A stretch of DNA of 64,000 nucleotides from an uncultured Beijerinckia sp. (GTDB lineage: Bacteria > Pseudomonadota > Alphaproteobacteria > Rhizobiales > Beijerinckiaceae). Shown piece after piece: positions 26,869 to 35,457 of the stretch (the first letter of the stretch is position 1; each line of letters begins with the position of its first letter). The notes under the pieces were generated by a model that saw only the letters and a list, made by a program, of their open reading frames with translations, did not search any database and was not told the DNA's origin. The position numbers and the translations under genes were made by a program. The stretch covers positions 2,622 through 66,621 of the forward strand of contig CAZHOK010000002.1 of NCBI GenBank assembly GCA_964534115.1, in the 5' to 3' direction.

Positions 26869-29508
26869 ATGAACGCTGAAAAATACACTGAACGCGCACG
26901 AGGCTTCGTACAGGCCGCTCAGTCTCTGGCCTTGCGCGAAGGCCATCAGCAATTCACACCCGAACATCTTCTTAAGGTCATTCTCGATGATGAGGATGGC
27001 CTTGCTGCTGGGCTCATCAACAAGGCCGGCGGCCGCTCCCGCGAAGCCCTGATCGAAACTGAGCTTGCTTTGTCCAAGCTTCCAAAGGTTCAAGGGACCG
27101 GTGCAGGGCAATTATATCTGGCACCAACAACAGCACGTATTTTCGACTCGGCTGAAAAACTGGCACAGAAGGCTGGCGATTCCTTTGTGACCGTCGAGCG
27201 TTTGCTGCTTGCCATCGCAGCGGAAAAATCATGCGAAGCCGGAAAGATATTGTCGCAGGCAGGCCTAACCGCTCAATCTCTCAACCAAGCAATCGAAGAT
27301 CTTCGAAAGGGACGGACTGCTGATAATGCAACGGCAGAAAATGCTTATGACGCTTTAAAAAAATATGCCCGCGATCTCACGGATGCCGCGCGCTCTGGAA
27401 AGCTTGATCCGGTCATCGGCCGCGACGAGGAGATTCGAAGAACAATTCAGGTTTTATCCCGCCGCACAAAAAACAATCCGGTCCTCATTGGCGAGCCTGG
27501 TGTCGGCAAGACCGCGATCGTCGAAGGGCTTGCGCTTCGAATCGTCAATGGTGATGTGCCTGAGGGTCTTAAAGACAAAAAGCTTCTGGCTCTCGATATG
27601 GGCTCTCTTATTGCCGGTGCAAAATTCCGCGGTGAATTTGAGGAGCGGCTAAAGGCTGTTTTGAATGAAGTTACAGCGGCAGCAGGAGGAATTATTCTTT
27701 TTATCGACGAGATGCATACGCTTGTCGGTGCCGGTAAAGCAGATGGTGCTATGGATGCCTCAAACCTGCTTAAGCCCGCCTTGGCGCGCGGTGAGCTTCA
27801 TTGCGTAGGCGCAACCACACTTGATGAATATCGAAAGCATGTCGAAAAAGATGCTGCGCTGGCACGTCGTTTTCAGCCTGTTTTCGTTACAGAGCCAAGC
27901 GTAGAGGACACAATTTCTATTCTGAGGGGACTCAAGGAGAAATACGAACTTCATCACGGTGTCAGAATTACCGACTCAGCCATTGTCGCTGCCGCTACAC
28001 TTTCCAATCGCTATATTTCTGATCGCTTTCTTCCAGACAAGGCTATCGATCTTATCGACGAAGCGTCATCTCGTCTCCGCATGCAAGTTGATTCCAAGCC
28101 CGAGGAACTCGATGAAATTGATCGGAGAATCATCCAACTCAAGATCGAACAGGAAGCACTGCGAAAGGAAAGCGATGCAGCGTCTCTTGATCGTCTTGCA
28201 AAGCTTGAAGCAGAACTAGCCGATCTTGAAGAAAAATCCTCGTCACTCACATCGCGCTGGAGAGCTGAGAAAAACAAGCTTGGGGAAGCACAAAAGCTCA
28301 AAGAACAACTTGAAGCTGCCCGAAATGAACTGGCCCAAACACAGCGGCGTGGTGAATTTCAGCGAGCTGGCGAGCTGACCTATGCAATCATTCCTGGTCT
28401 GGAAAAGGAGCTCGTTGAGGTCGAAGCGAAGGCTGGAGCTGCACTTGTTGAGGAGGAAGTCACGGCTGATCATGTCGCGCAAATTGTCTCACGCTGGACC
28501 GGTGTCCCGGTTGATAAAATGCTCGAAGGGGAGCGTGAAAAGCTTCTCAAAATGGAGGCGTCACTGGCTCAACGCGTCATTGGTCAAAAAGAAGCCGTTA
28601 AGGCTGTCGCGACCGCTGTACGTCGCGCCCGAGCAGGCCTTCAGGATCCTAACCGACCCATCGGATCCTTTATGTTCCTTGGGCCAACCGGCGTAGGCAA
28701 AACAGAATTAACAAAAGCTCTTGCAGCATTTCTTTTCGACGATGAAAACGCAATGGTGCGCATTGACATGTCCGAATATATGGAGAAGCACTCCGTTTCT
28801 CGTCTGATTGGCGCTCCTCCCGGATATGTTGGATATGAAGAAGGCGGAGCGCTTACAGAAGCTGTCAGGCGGAGACCTTATCAGGTCGTTCTGTTTGATG
28901 AGATCGAGAAAGCCCACACTGATGTTTTCAATGTACTCCTGCAGGTACTTGATGATGGTCGCTTGACAGACGGGCAGGGACGCACAGTCGATTTTCGAAA
29001 TGTTCTTGTGATCATGACATCAAATCTTGGTTCAGAATATCTTGTGAACCAAGCTGAGGGTGAAGATTCAGCTACAGTCGAGAACGAAGTCATGACTGTC
29101 GTACGCGGTCATTTTCGACCTGAGTTCTTAAATCGCATCGATGAAATTATTCTTTTCCACCGATTGCGGCGGGAGGATATGGGTTCAATCGTTGATATTC
29201 AGATGGCTCGACTTGGTCGGCTGTTGGAAGACAGAAAAATGCGTGTTGAGCTCGACAAAAAAGCGCGCAACTGGCTTGCTGAGCGCGGTTATGACCCCGC
29301 CTATGGGGCGCGTCCTCTTAAACGTGTCATACAAAAATATGTTCAGGATCCGCTCGCTGAACGTATTCTCGCTGGTGTCATCAAAGATGGAGCGACGGTT
29401 CACGTCGGATCTAATGAATATGGTTTGACCATTGATGGTGAGGCCTTATTCATGGATGATGCTGCAGATCGCATGAAGGGCGCAAGCCACTCAGGTTCAC
29501 TGAATTGA
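26869..29508 (+). CDS. clpB: ATP-dependent chaperone ClpB
   Basis: Two AAA modules ([16 protein letters not shown]), a middle coiled coil and [11 protein letters not shown]. Real start is ATG 26869 after GAGGAG. Confidence 0.97.
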   Translation: MNAEKYTERARGFVQAAQSLALREGHQQFTPEHLLKVILDDEDGLAAGLINKAGGRSREALIETELALSKLPKVQGTGAGQLYLAPTTARIFDSAEKLAQKAGDSFVTVERLLLAIAAEKSCEAGKILSQAGLTAQSLNQAIEDLRKGRTADNATAENAYDALKKYARDLTDAARSGKLDPVIGRDEEIRRTIQVLSRRTKNNPVLIGEPGVGKTAIVEGLALRIVNGDVPEGLKDKKLLALDMGSLIAGAKFRGEFEERLKAVLNEVTAAAGGIILFIDEMHTLVGAGKADGAMDASNLLKPALARGELHCVGATTLDEYRKHVEKDAALARRFQPVFVTEPSVEDTISILRGLKEKYELHHGVRITDSAIVAAATLSNRYISDRFLPDKAIDLIDEASSRLRMQVDSKPEELDEIDRRIIQLKIEQEALRKESDAASLDRLAKLEAELADLEEKSSSLTSRWRAEKNKLGEAQKLKEQLEAARNELAQTQRRGEFQRAGELTYAIIPGLEKELVEVEAKAGAALVEEEVTADHVAQIVSRWTGVPVDKMLEGEREKLLKMEASLAQRVIGQKEAVKAVATAVRRARAGLQDPNRPIGSFMFLGPTGVGKTELTKALAAFLFDDENAMVRIDMSEYMEKHSVSRLIGAPPGYVGYEEGGALTEAVRRRPYQVVLFDEIEKAHTDVFNVLLQVLDDGRLTDGQGRTVDFRNVLVIMTSNLGSEYLVNQAEGEDSATVENEVMTVVRGHFRPEFLNRIDEIILFHRLRREDMGSIVDIQMARLGRLLEDRKMRVELDKKARNWLAERGYDPAYGARPLKRVIQKYVQDPLAERILAGVIKDGATVHVGSNEYGLTIDGEALFMDDAADRMKGASHSGSLN

Positions 29509-29518
29509 ACCTGAGTGG
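29487..29518. terminator. 13-bp inverted repeat between convergent clpB and the NHase-like operon (likely bidirectional terminator)
   Basis: CCACTCAGGTTCA-ctgaat-TGAACCTGAGTGG, a perfect stem overlapping the clpB stop and followed by a T-rich stretch on the + strand. Confidence 0.6.
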
Positions 29519-29534
29519 AGCGTTTTCTTTCTGA

Positions 29535-30182
29535 TCAGTTTGGCGTGCGTGCCTCAGCGACACCAATCATTGAGTCACGCGTCACGAGTGCTTCGAGCTC
29601 GGCCTCATTGAGGTTATCTGTTCCAGCTGGTCGCCTGGGTATGACAATATACCGAATGTCGGCAGTGGAATCGTGGACGCGAACTTCAGTTTTTTCTGGG
29701 AGGTATGTTCCAAATTCGTTCAGGACGGACCTCGGTTCATAAACGACTCGCGCTCGATATTCTCTGCTCTTGTACCAGGAAGGCGGAAGTCCGAGTAATT
29801 CTCTTGGATAACAGGAGCACAAGGTGCAAACAATTACATGATGAATATCTTCTGAATTTTCGACCGCGATAAGCTTGGTTGTCGTCATAGGAAAGCCAAG
29901 TTCGGCAACCGCCTCGTTCGCATTCATGAGTAATTTGATCCTGAATAATGGATCTAACCAGGATCTCACGACTATTTTGGCACCATTTGCCGGCGTAATC
30001 TGATCTCTCTTTTCGATTGCTGCGCGGACTTCATCAGCTGTGAAAACGCCTTTTTCAATCAGGAGCTCTTTGAGAGCTATACCGAGGATCTGATAATAGC
30101 TGTGAATTTTGTCATCGGGCTGAAGTGGAGCATGATGATGATCATCATGCCCATGTTGGTGATCATGGTGATCATGAGGCAT
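29535..30182 (-). CDS. Cobalt-type nitrile hydratase alpha / thiocyanate hydrolase gamma-like subunit
   Basis: GAKIVVRSWLDP, VIVCTLCSCYP metal-binding motif (Co-type CTLCSC), WYKSREYR, VRVHDSTADIRY and LVTRDSMIG. His-rich N-terminus. Confidence 0.93.
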   Translation of the reverse strand: MPHDHHDHQHGHDDHHHAPLQPDDKIHSYYQILGIALKELLIEKGVFTADEVRAAIEKRDQITPANGAKIVVRSWLDPLFRIKLLMNANEAVAELGFPMTTTKLIAVENSEDIHHVIVCTLCSCYPRELLGLPPSWYKSREYRARVVYEPRSVLNEFGTYLPEKTEVRVHDSTADIRYIVIPRRPAGTDNLNEAELEALVTRDSMIGVAEARTPN

Positions 30183-30495
30183 CGTCTACTCCCGATATTT
30201 TTTCCAACCAGTGGCGATATAAATCAATATCAATGCTGTCACTTTGCGAGCCAGAATAGTCATCCCAGAGGTCGGACTGATTAAACCGGACTTCATAGAG
30301 GGATTGCTTTGGCCCCTCCAGTCGATAGGCCAGTAGCTCGGGATTTCCGAATTCTCCAAAATATTTGGTGACGCGACCAATTTTTCCTCGCACGTATAAG
30401 GGCGTCCTTATGTGTCCGACTGGAAAATCCTCACGAACGCGGACCAAATCGCCGGGCTTTAAAGGTTCTTCCCAGCAATCCCCTGCTGGCTTCAC
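30172..30495 (-). CDS. Nitrile hydratase beta C-terminal (SH3-like) half / thiocyanate hydrolase alpha-like subunit
   Basis: PGDLVRV, GHIRTPLYVRGKIG, PELLAY, LYEVRF..DLW and IDLYRHWLE. GTG start overlaps the upstream stop (GTGA). Confidence 0.88.
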   Translation of the reverse strand: MKPAGDCWEEPLKPGDLVRVREDFPVGHIRTPLYVRGKIGRVTKYFGEFGNPELLAYRLEGPKQSLYEVRFNQSDLWDDYSGSQSDSIDIDLYRHWLEKISGVDDAS

Positions 30496-30833
30496 CGACC
30501 GTCTCCGTCAAAGTGAATGTCCAACTCGCCGGCTGCTTTGAGACGCTCTCGAATTACTCTCACGCGCTCATCAATCTCTGCTTGAGTCAAAATACCTTTC
30601 TCAATCATCTGGCGGGATAATGCAGCTGTCCATCGTTCGTAATAGGTCAGGGTTTGATACGCTTCATCTCCAAGGGTCTCAACGTAGCGACGGTTTTCAT
30701 GCGTTGTCACGATGCCCTTCGCCCCGATAATTGATCGAATGCCGTCGATCTGTTTTTCCCAGAAACTCACCTCATGTGGCGCAACATCAATAGATCCAGC
30801 GTGTTGGCCCCCAACGTCATGTACACCGCGCAT
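30492..30833 (-). CDS. Nitrile hydratase beta N-terminal half / thiocyanate hydrolase beta-like subunit
   Basis: MRGVHDVGG start, FWEK, ENRR..E, YYERW and EKGILTQAEI. Strong RBS GGGAGGAAG upstream. Confidence 0.88.
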   Translation of the reverse strand: MRGVHDVGGQHAGSIDVAPHEVSFWEKQIDGIRSIIGAKGIVTTHENRRYVETLGDEAYQTLTYYERWTAALSRQMIEKGILTQAEIDERVRVIRERLKAAGELDIHFDGDGR

Positions 30834-30881
30834 AACTTCCTCCCAACCCGTGGATTTATTCTTGCAGGATTTATTCTGGTT

Positions 30882-32858
30882 TCAAGTCTCAAAATCATAG
30901 GTGCGTTCTACAATCCGAACCAAGTCCAGCATGATCGAATTCAATTCAAAATCTTTTGGAGTGTAAACAGCGGAGACGCCCTCCGCCAAGAGAAGGGCCT
31001 TGTCTTCTGACGGGATGATGCCCCCCACAACAAGGGGAATATGACTGAGATTTTCAGCGCGCATCTGAGCGATGACTTGCCGAACCAGAGAAACATGCGA
31101 TCCCGAGAGGATCGATAAGCCCACACAATGGACATTTCCGGATCTTGCACCGGAAACAATTTCTGAGGGCGTCAAGCGAATTCCCTCATAAACAACATCC
31201 ATCCCCACATCGCGCGCTCGCACGGCAATCTGTTCAGCACCATTCGAATGGCCATCCAAACCCGGCTTGCCGACAAGAAATTTTAGGCGACGCCCGAGTT
31301 TTTGTGAGACGCGTTCAACCTCCGCTCGAATATCATCAAGATCGCCTCCAATTTGTCGTGCTTCTGCTGCAATACCCGTCGGAGCACGATATTCACCGAA
31401 AGCCTCTCTCAGAACGCTTGCCCATTCTCCAGTCGTGATACCCGCTTTCGCAGCTGCAATTGAAGGCTCCATAATATTGCGCCCCTCATTTGCAGCACTC
31501 CTTAATTCTGACAAGACCTTTCCAACAATTCTCGGATCTCGAGCATGACGCCATGCAACAAGATTAGATATTTGATCGGCTTCAACATGTTCTGGTACAA
31601 TCATAATGGACTGATTGTCAGTTGTGAGCGGAGATGGCTCGCTTTCTGTAAATCGATTGACACCGACAACAACCTGTTCACCGCGTTCAATTGCTTCCAA
31701 CCTTGCAGTATTGGATTCAACCAGCTTAGATTTCATATAACCGCTTTCCACTGCTACTATTGCGCCGCCGAGTTTCTCGATTTTCAGTAATTCCTGTCGT
31801 GCTTGATTTTTTAAATCCTCAACTTTTTTGGTTATCTCGTAACTTCCATCAAAAAGATCCCCATATTCAAGAAGATCTGTCTCATATGCCATGATCTGCT
31901 GGATACGCAGGGACCATTGCTGATCAAAGGGCCGCGGTAAGCCAAGAGCTTCGTTCCAGGCGGGGAGCTGAACAGCGCGGGCGCGAGCATTTTTTGAGAG
32001 AACGACGGCAAGCATTTCGATCAATATTCGATAAACATTATTCTCTGCTTGCTGCTCCGTCAGACCAAGAGAATTGACCTGAACACCATATCGAAACCGT
32101 CGATATTTTTCATCTTCGATAAAATATTTATTTCGAGTGATTTCATCCCAGAGCTCGGTAAATGCCCGCATTTTGCAAAGCTCTGTAACAAACCGCATTC
32201 CAGCGTTCACAAAAAAGGAAATACGACCAACGATTTCCTGAAAATTTTTTGGATCTGTTGATTCAGCATCTCTTACGCTGTCCAGGATGGCTATAGCCGT
32301 TGCAAGCGCATAACTTAATTCTTGAACCGGGGTCGCTCCTGCTTCCTGAAGATGATAGGAGCAGACATTCATCGGGTTCCATTTCGGCAGTTCTTTAGTC
32401 GTGAAGGTAATGAGATCGCGTGTCAAACGCATCGACGCCGCGGGCGGAAAAACATAAGTTCCACGCGACAAATATTCTTTGATGATGTCGTTCTGAGTGG
32501 TTCCCTGCAATTGATCGCGCTGGGCGCCTTGCTCGTCGGCGACTGCAATATACAAAGCCATCAACCACGGAGCCGTTGCATTGATGGTCATGGATGTATT
32601 CATTTCGCCGAGGGGAATGGACTCGAACAATGTTCGCATATCACCAAGATGTGAGATTGGTACGCCGACCTTCCCGACCTCACCTCGAGACAGTGGATGA
32701 TCGGAATCATAGCCGGTCTGAGTAGGCAAATCGAAGGCGATTGAGAGCCCAGTCTGCCCTTTCGCCAAATTTCTCCGATAGAGACGGTTTGAGTCGGCGG
32801 CGGTTGAATGACCTGCATAAGTACGAAATATCCACGGTCGATCAGATGTCTGGCTCAT
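30882..32858 (-). CDS. ecm: Ethylmalonyl-CoA mutase (MeaA/Ecm, B12-dependent)
   Basis: PWIFRTYAGHSTA, GQTGLSIAFDLPTQTGYD, NVCSYHLQEAGA and KPGLDGHSNG B12 motif. 658 aa, divergent from ccr. Confidence 0.9.
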   Translation of the reverse strand: MSQTSDRPWIFRTYAGHSTAADSNRLYRRNLAKGQTGLSIAFDLPTQTGYDSDHPLSRGEVGKVGVPISHLGDMRTLFESIPLGEMNTSMTINATAPWLMALYIAVADEQGAQRDQLQGTTQNDIIKEYLSRGTYVFPPAASMRLTRDLITFTTKELPKWNPMNVCSYHLQEAGATPVQELSYALATAIAILDSVRDAESTDPKNFQEIVGRISFFVNAGMRFVTELCKMRAFTELWDEITRNKYFIEDEKYRRFRYGVQVNSLGLTEQQAENNVYRILIEMLAVVLSKNARARAVQLPAWNEALGLPRPFDQQWSLRIQQIMAYETDLLEYGDLFDGSYEITKKVEDLKNQARQELLKIEKLGGAIVAVESGYMKSKLVESNTARLEAIERGEQVVVGVNRFTESEPSPLTTDNQSIMIVPEHVEADQISNLVAWRHARDPRIVGKVLSELRSAANEGRNIMEPSIAAAKAGITTGEWASVLREAFGEYRAPTGIAAEARQIGGDLDDIRAEVERVSQKLGRRLKFLVGKPGLDGHSNGAEQIAVRARDVGMDVVYEGIRLTPSEIVSGARSGNVHCVGLSILSGSHVSLVRQVIAQMRAENLSHIPLVVGGIIPSEDKALLLAEGVSAVYTPKDFELNSIMLDLVRIVERTYDFET

Positions 32859-33004
32859 AGTTGGCGCTCGCGTGGGAATTGATCACGAAATCTCTGCGGC
32901 TCGCTGCAGAGCAGCATATTCCCTCGTTTGCGCCAGCAGCACTTATTCCTTAGTGGCATGGATTTAAGGCCTCAGCTGTCCTACGATTCAGGACATTAGT
33001 AGTA

Positions 33005-33019
33005 TGGTGCACCGCAGCA
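33005..33019. promoter_or_regulatory. PhaR(AniA)-type operator in the ecm/ccr divergent promoter
   Basis: TGGTGCACCGCAGCA matches TGC-RNY-GCA-SMA on both strands. Confidence 0.55.
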
Positions 33020-33062
33020 TTCACGCTAACATGGCTTGTGGTTTCTTGCGGAGGAAAGAGCT

Positions 33063-34361
33063 GTGGGAGCGAACAATACGAAGGATGGCACGCCAACGGC
33101 CCAATCTTGTCTTGTTAAGGATCTTTACGACATAGGTGAGATCCCGCCTCTTGGGCATGTCCCAGCCCGCATGCATGCTTGGGCAATCCGTAAAGAACGG
33201 CACGGGCCACCTGAAGAATCAATGAAGCTTGAAGTGGTTCCGACTTGGTCATTGGACAGCCATGATGTGCTTGTTCTGGTGATGGCTGCCGGGGTCAATT
33301 ACAATGGCGTATGGGCAGCCTTAGGCGAACCAATTTCGCCGCTCGACGGACACAATCTGCCTTTTCATATAGCCGGCTCGGATGCCGCCGGTATTGTATG
33401 GGCCGTTGGATCAAAGGTCAGGCGTTGGAAGGTTGGTGACGAAGTCGTCGTTCACTGCAATCAGGATGATGGCGATGACGAAGAATGCAACGGTGGAGAT
33501 CCGATGTTTTCTTCAACCCAACGTATCTGGGGATATGAGACCCCCGATGGGTCATTCGCACAATTCTGTCGGGTTCAAGACCGTCAGCTTATGGCGCGTC
33601 CCAAACACTTAAGCTGGGAAGAAAGTGCTTCATATACGCTGACCTTGGCAACAGCCTATCGTATGCTGTTTGGCCACGAGCCGCATCGCTTGAAGCCAGG
33701 TGACAATGTTCTGGTTTGGGGAGCCTCGGGAGGTTTAGGCGTTTTTGGTGTGCAATTATGCGCTGCTGCTGGCGCCAATGCGATTGGCATCATTTCCGAC
33801 GAAGGGAAGCGCGATTACGTCATGTCCCTAGGCGCCCGAGGCGTGATCAATCGAAAAGATTTTAAGTGCTGGGGTCAGCTTCCGAAGGTTAATTCAACTG
33901 AATTCAATGCCTTCATGGCAGAGGCCCGGAAATTCGGAAAAGCCATCTGGAACCTCACGGGTCGCAAAGACGTCGATATTGTGTTTGAACATCCCGGTGA
34001 ACAAACTTTCCCGGTGTCATGCTTTGTTGCCAAAAGAGGCGGCATGGTTGTCTTCTGCGCCGGCACAACCGGATTTAACCTGACATTTGACGCCAGATTT
34101 GTCTGGATGCGGCAGAAACGGATCCAAGGTTCACATTTCGCGCACTTAAAGCAAGCTGCAGCTGCAAATCAATTCGTTATAGATAGGCGGATCGATCCTT
34201 GTTTGGGTGAGGTCTTTCCATGGGACAAAGCCCCTGCAGCTCATACCAAAATGTGGCGAAACGAGCATTCGCCAGGAAATATGGCGGTTCTAGTCAATTC
34301 ACCCCGACCGGGCTTGAAAACGCTTGAAGATGTCATCGAAGCATCGCAGTCAAAAATTTAG
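33063..34361 (+). CDS. ccr: Crotonyl-CoA carboxylase/reductase
   Basis: KDLYDIGEIPPLGHVP, MAAGVNYNGVWA, HIAGSDAAG, RIWGYETPDGSF, VLVWGASGGLG and WMRQKRIQGSHFA. GTG 33063 after GGAGG. Confidence 0.95.
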   Translation: MGANNTKDGTPTAQSCLVKDLYDIGEIPPLGHVPARMHAWAIRKERHGPPEESMKLEVVPTWSLDSHDVLVLVMAAGVNYNGVWAALGEPISPLDGHNLPFHIAGSDAAGIVWAVGSKVRRWKVGDEVVVHCNQDDGDDEECNGGDPMFSSTQRIWGYETPDGSFAQFCRVQDRQLMARPKHLSWEESASYTLTLATAYRMLFGHEPHRLKPGDNVLVWGASGGLGVFGVQLCAAAGANAIGIISDEGKRDYVMSLGARGVINRKDFKCWGQLPKVNSTEFNAFMAEARKFGKAIWNLTGRKDVDIVFEHPGEQTFPVSCFVAKRGGMVVFCAGTTGFNLTFDARFVWMRQKRIQGSHFAHLKQAAAANQFVIDRRIDPCLGEVFPWDKAPAAHTKMWRNEHSPGNMAVLVNSPRPGLKTLEDVIEASQSKI

Positions 34362-34487
34362 CAGAGGCTCAATCGGTCGTTAGCTTTTGATTTCACCGAG
34401 CTTGCTTCAGGTGCGGTGCGGAGTGGCCAAATTCTTCTGTATCGGGTATTTAATTTATATTGAGATCAGAAAAAGCGGCCCGAGGGT

Positions 34488-35381
34488 ATGAAGCAACACG
34501 GAAGCGACCTCTGGCTCTCTCTGGTGATTCCAGCCGCCTTCGTTTTGCTCTGGTCAACGGGTTGGATTGTCGCAAAATTTGCTGTTCGCGATGCGGATGT
34601 ATTGACCTTTCTTGTACTCCGCTATTTTGGCGCTGCCGTCATTCTGGCCATATTTGCCTGGTGGTGCGGAGCACTTTGGCCGCGTGACAGAAATGGATGG
34701 TTCCATGCATTCCTATCGGGCATTCTTCTGCATGCGCTCTATCTTGGCGGGATCTGGTGGGCAATCTCTCAGGGAGTTCCCGCCTCTATCTCGGCATTGC
34801 TTGCGGCGCTTCAGCCGATTTTAACCGCCTGTCTAGCCCCCCGCCTTGCTGGCGAAAAGGTTTCATCCTTGCAATGGACGGGTATTTTACTGGGCCTTTT
34901 AGGAATCCTTCTTGTTCTTGCGCCGAAGCTGGCTTCGCTAACAGCTGCAGAACTGCAAGGGTCTATTGTTGCACTTTCCGTGAATGCGCTCGGAATGGTT
35001 GCTCTTACATTGGGGACTTTTTATCAGAAGCGCTTTTTGCAAAAAATGGACTTACGAGCCGTAGGATCAATTCAGTTTGCGGCAGCGATGCTTGTGACCT
35101 TGCCCGCGGCATATGTTTCCGAGAGCATGCATGTAGTATGGTCGCTCAATACAATATTAAGTTTAGCTTGGTCGATCGGGGCCCTTTCGATTGTTTCAAT
35201 CGCGCTGCTTCTTCATCTTTTGCGTAAAGGCGAAGTCGCTCGCGCAGCACAGCTGATCTACCTTGTGCCCCCAACGGCTGCCATTCAGGCTTTTCTCTAT
35301 TTCGGTGAAACGCTTACTTCCATACAAATGGCAGGCATGGCTCTGACCTGTCTGGGCGTGGCTTTGGCAGTACGGCGGTGA
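34488..35381 (+). CDS. DMT/EamA family transporter
   Basis: FVLLWSTG start, about 10 TM helices and two EamA repeats (LAGEK..., FGETLT). Confidence 0.88.
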   Translation: MKQHGSDLWLSLVIPAAFVLLWSTGWIVAKFAVRDADVLTFLVLRYFGAAVILAIFAWWCGALWPRDRNGWFHAFLSGILLHALYLGGIWWAISQGVPASISALLAALQPILTACLAPRLAGEKVSSLQWTGILLGLLGILLVLAPKLASLTAAELQGSIVALSVNALGMVALTLGTFYQKRFLQKMDLRAVGSIQFAAAMLVTLPAAYVSESMHVVWSLNTILSLAWSIGALSIVSIALLLHLLRKGEVARAAQLIYLVPPTAAIQAFLYFGETLTSIQMAGMALTCLGVALAVRR

Positions 35382-35457
35382 ACAACAGTCCGAAAGGCTG
35401 ATTGCCCTGCGGTCCGGCTTATGTTGCGATGCAAAATGCTTATTCGGAGAATGCGAG

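Noticed and set aside
30172-30833. Split beta subunit as a frameshifted pseudogene of a normal NHase beta
   Set aside because: Both halves have proper starts, a clean GTGA coupling and lengths matching the natural three-subunit architecture. The long linker of two-domain beta chains is absent rather than broken.
30882-32858. Methylmalonyl-CoA mutase
   Set aside because: The length (658 aa), the RTYAGHS motif and the position divergent from ccr fit the MeaA/Ecm subfamily better.
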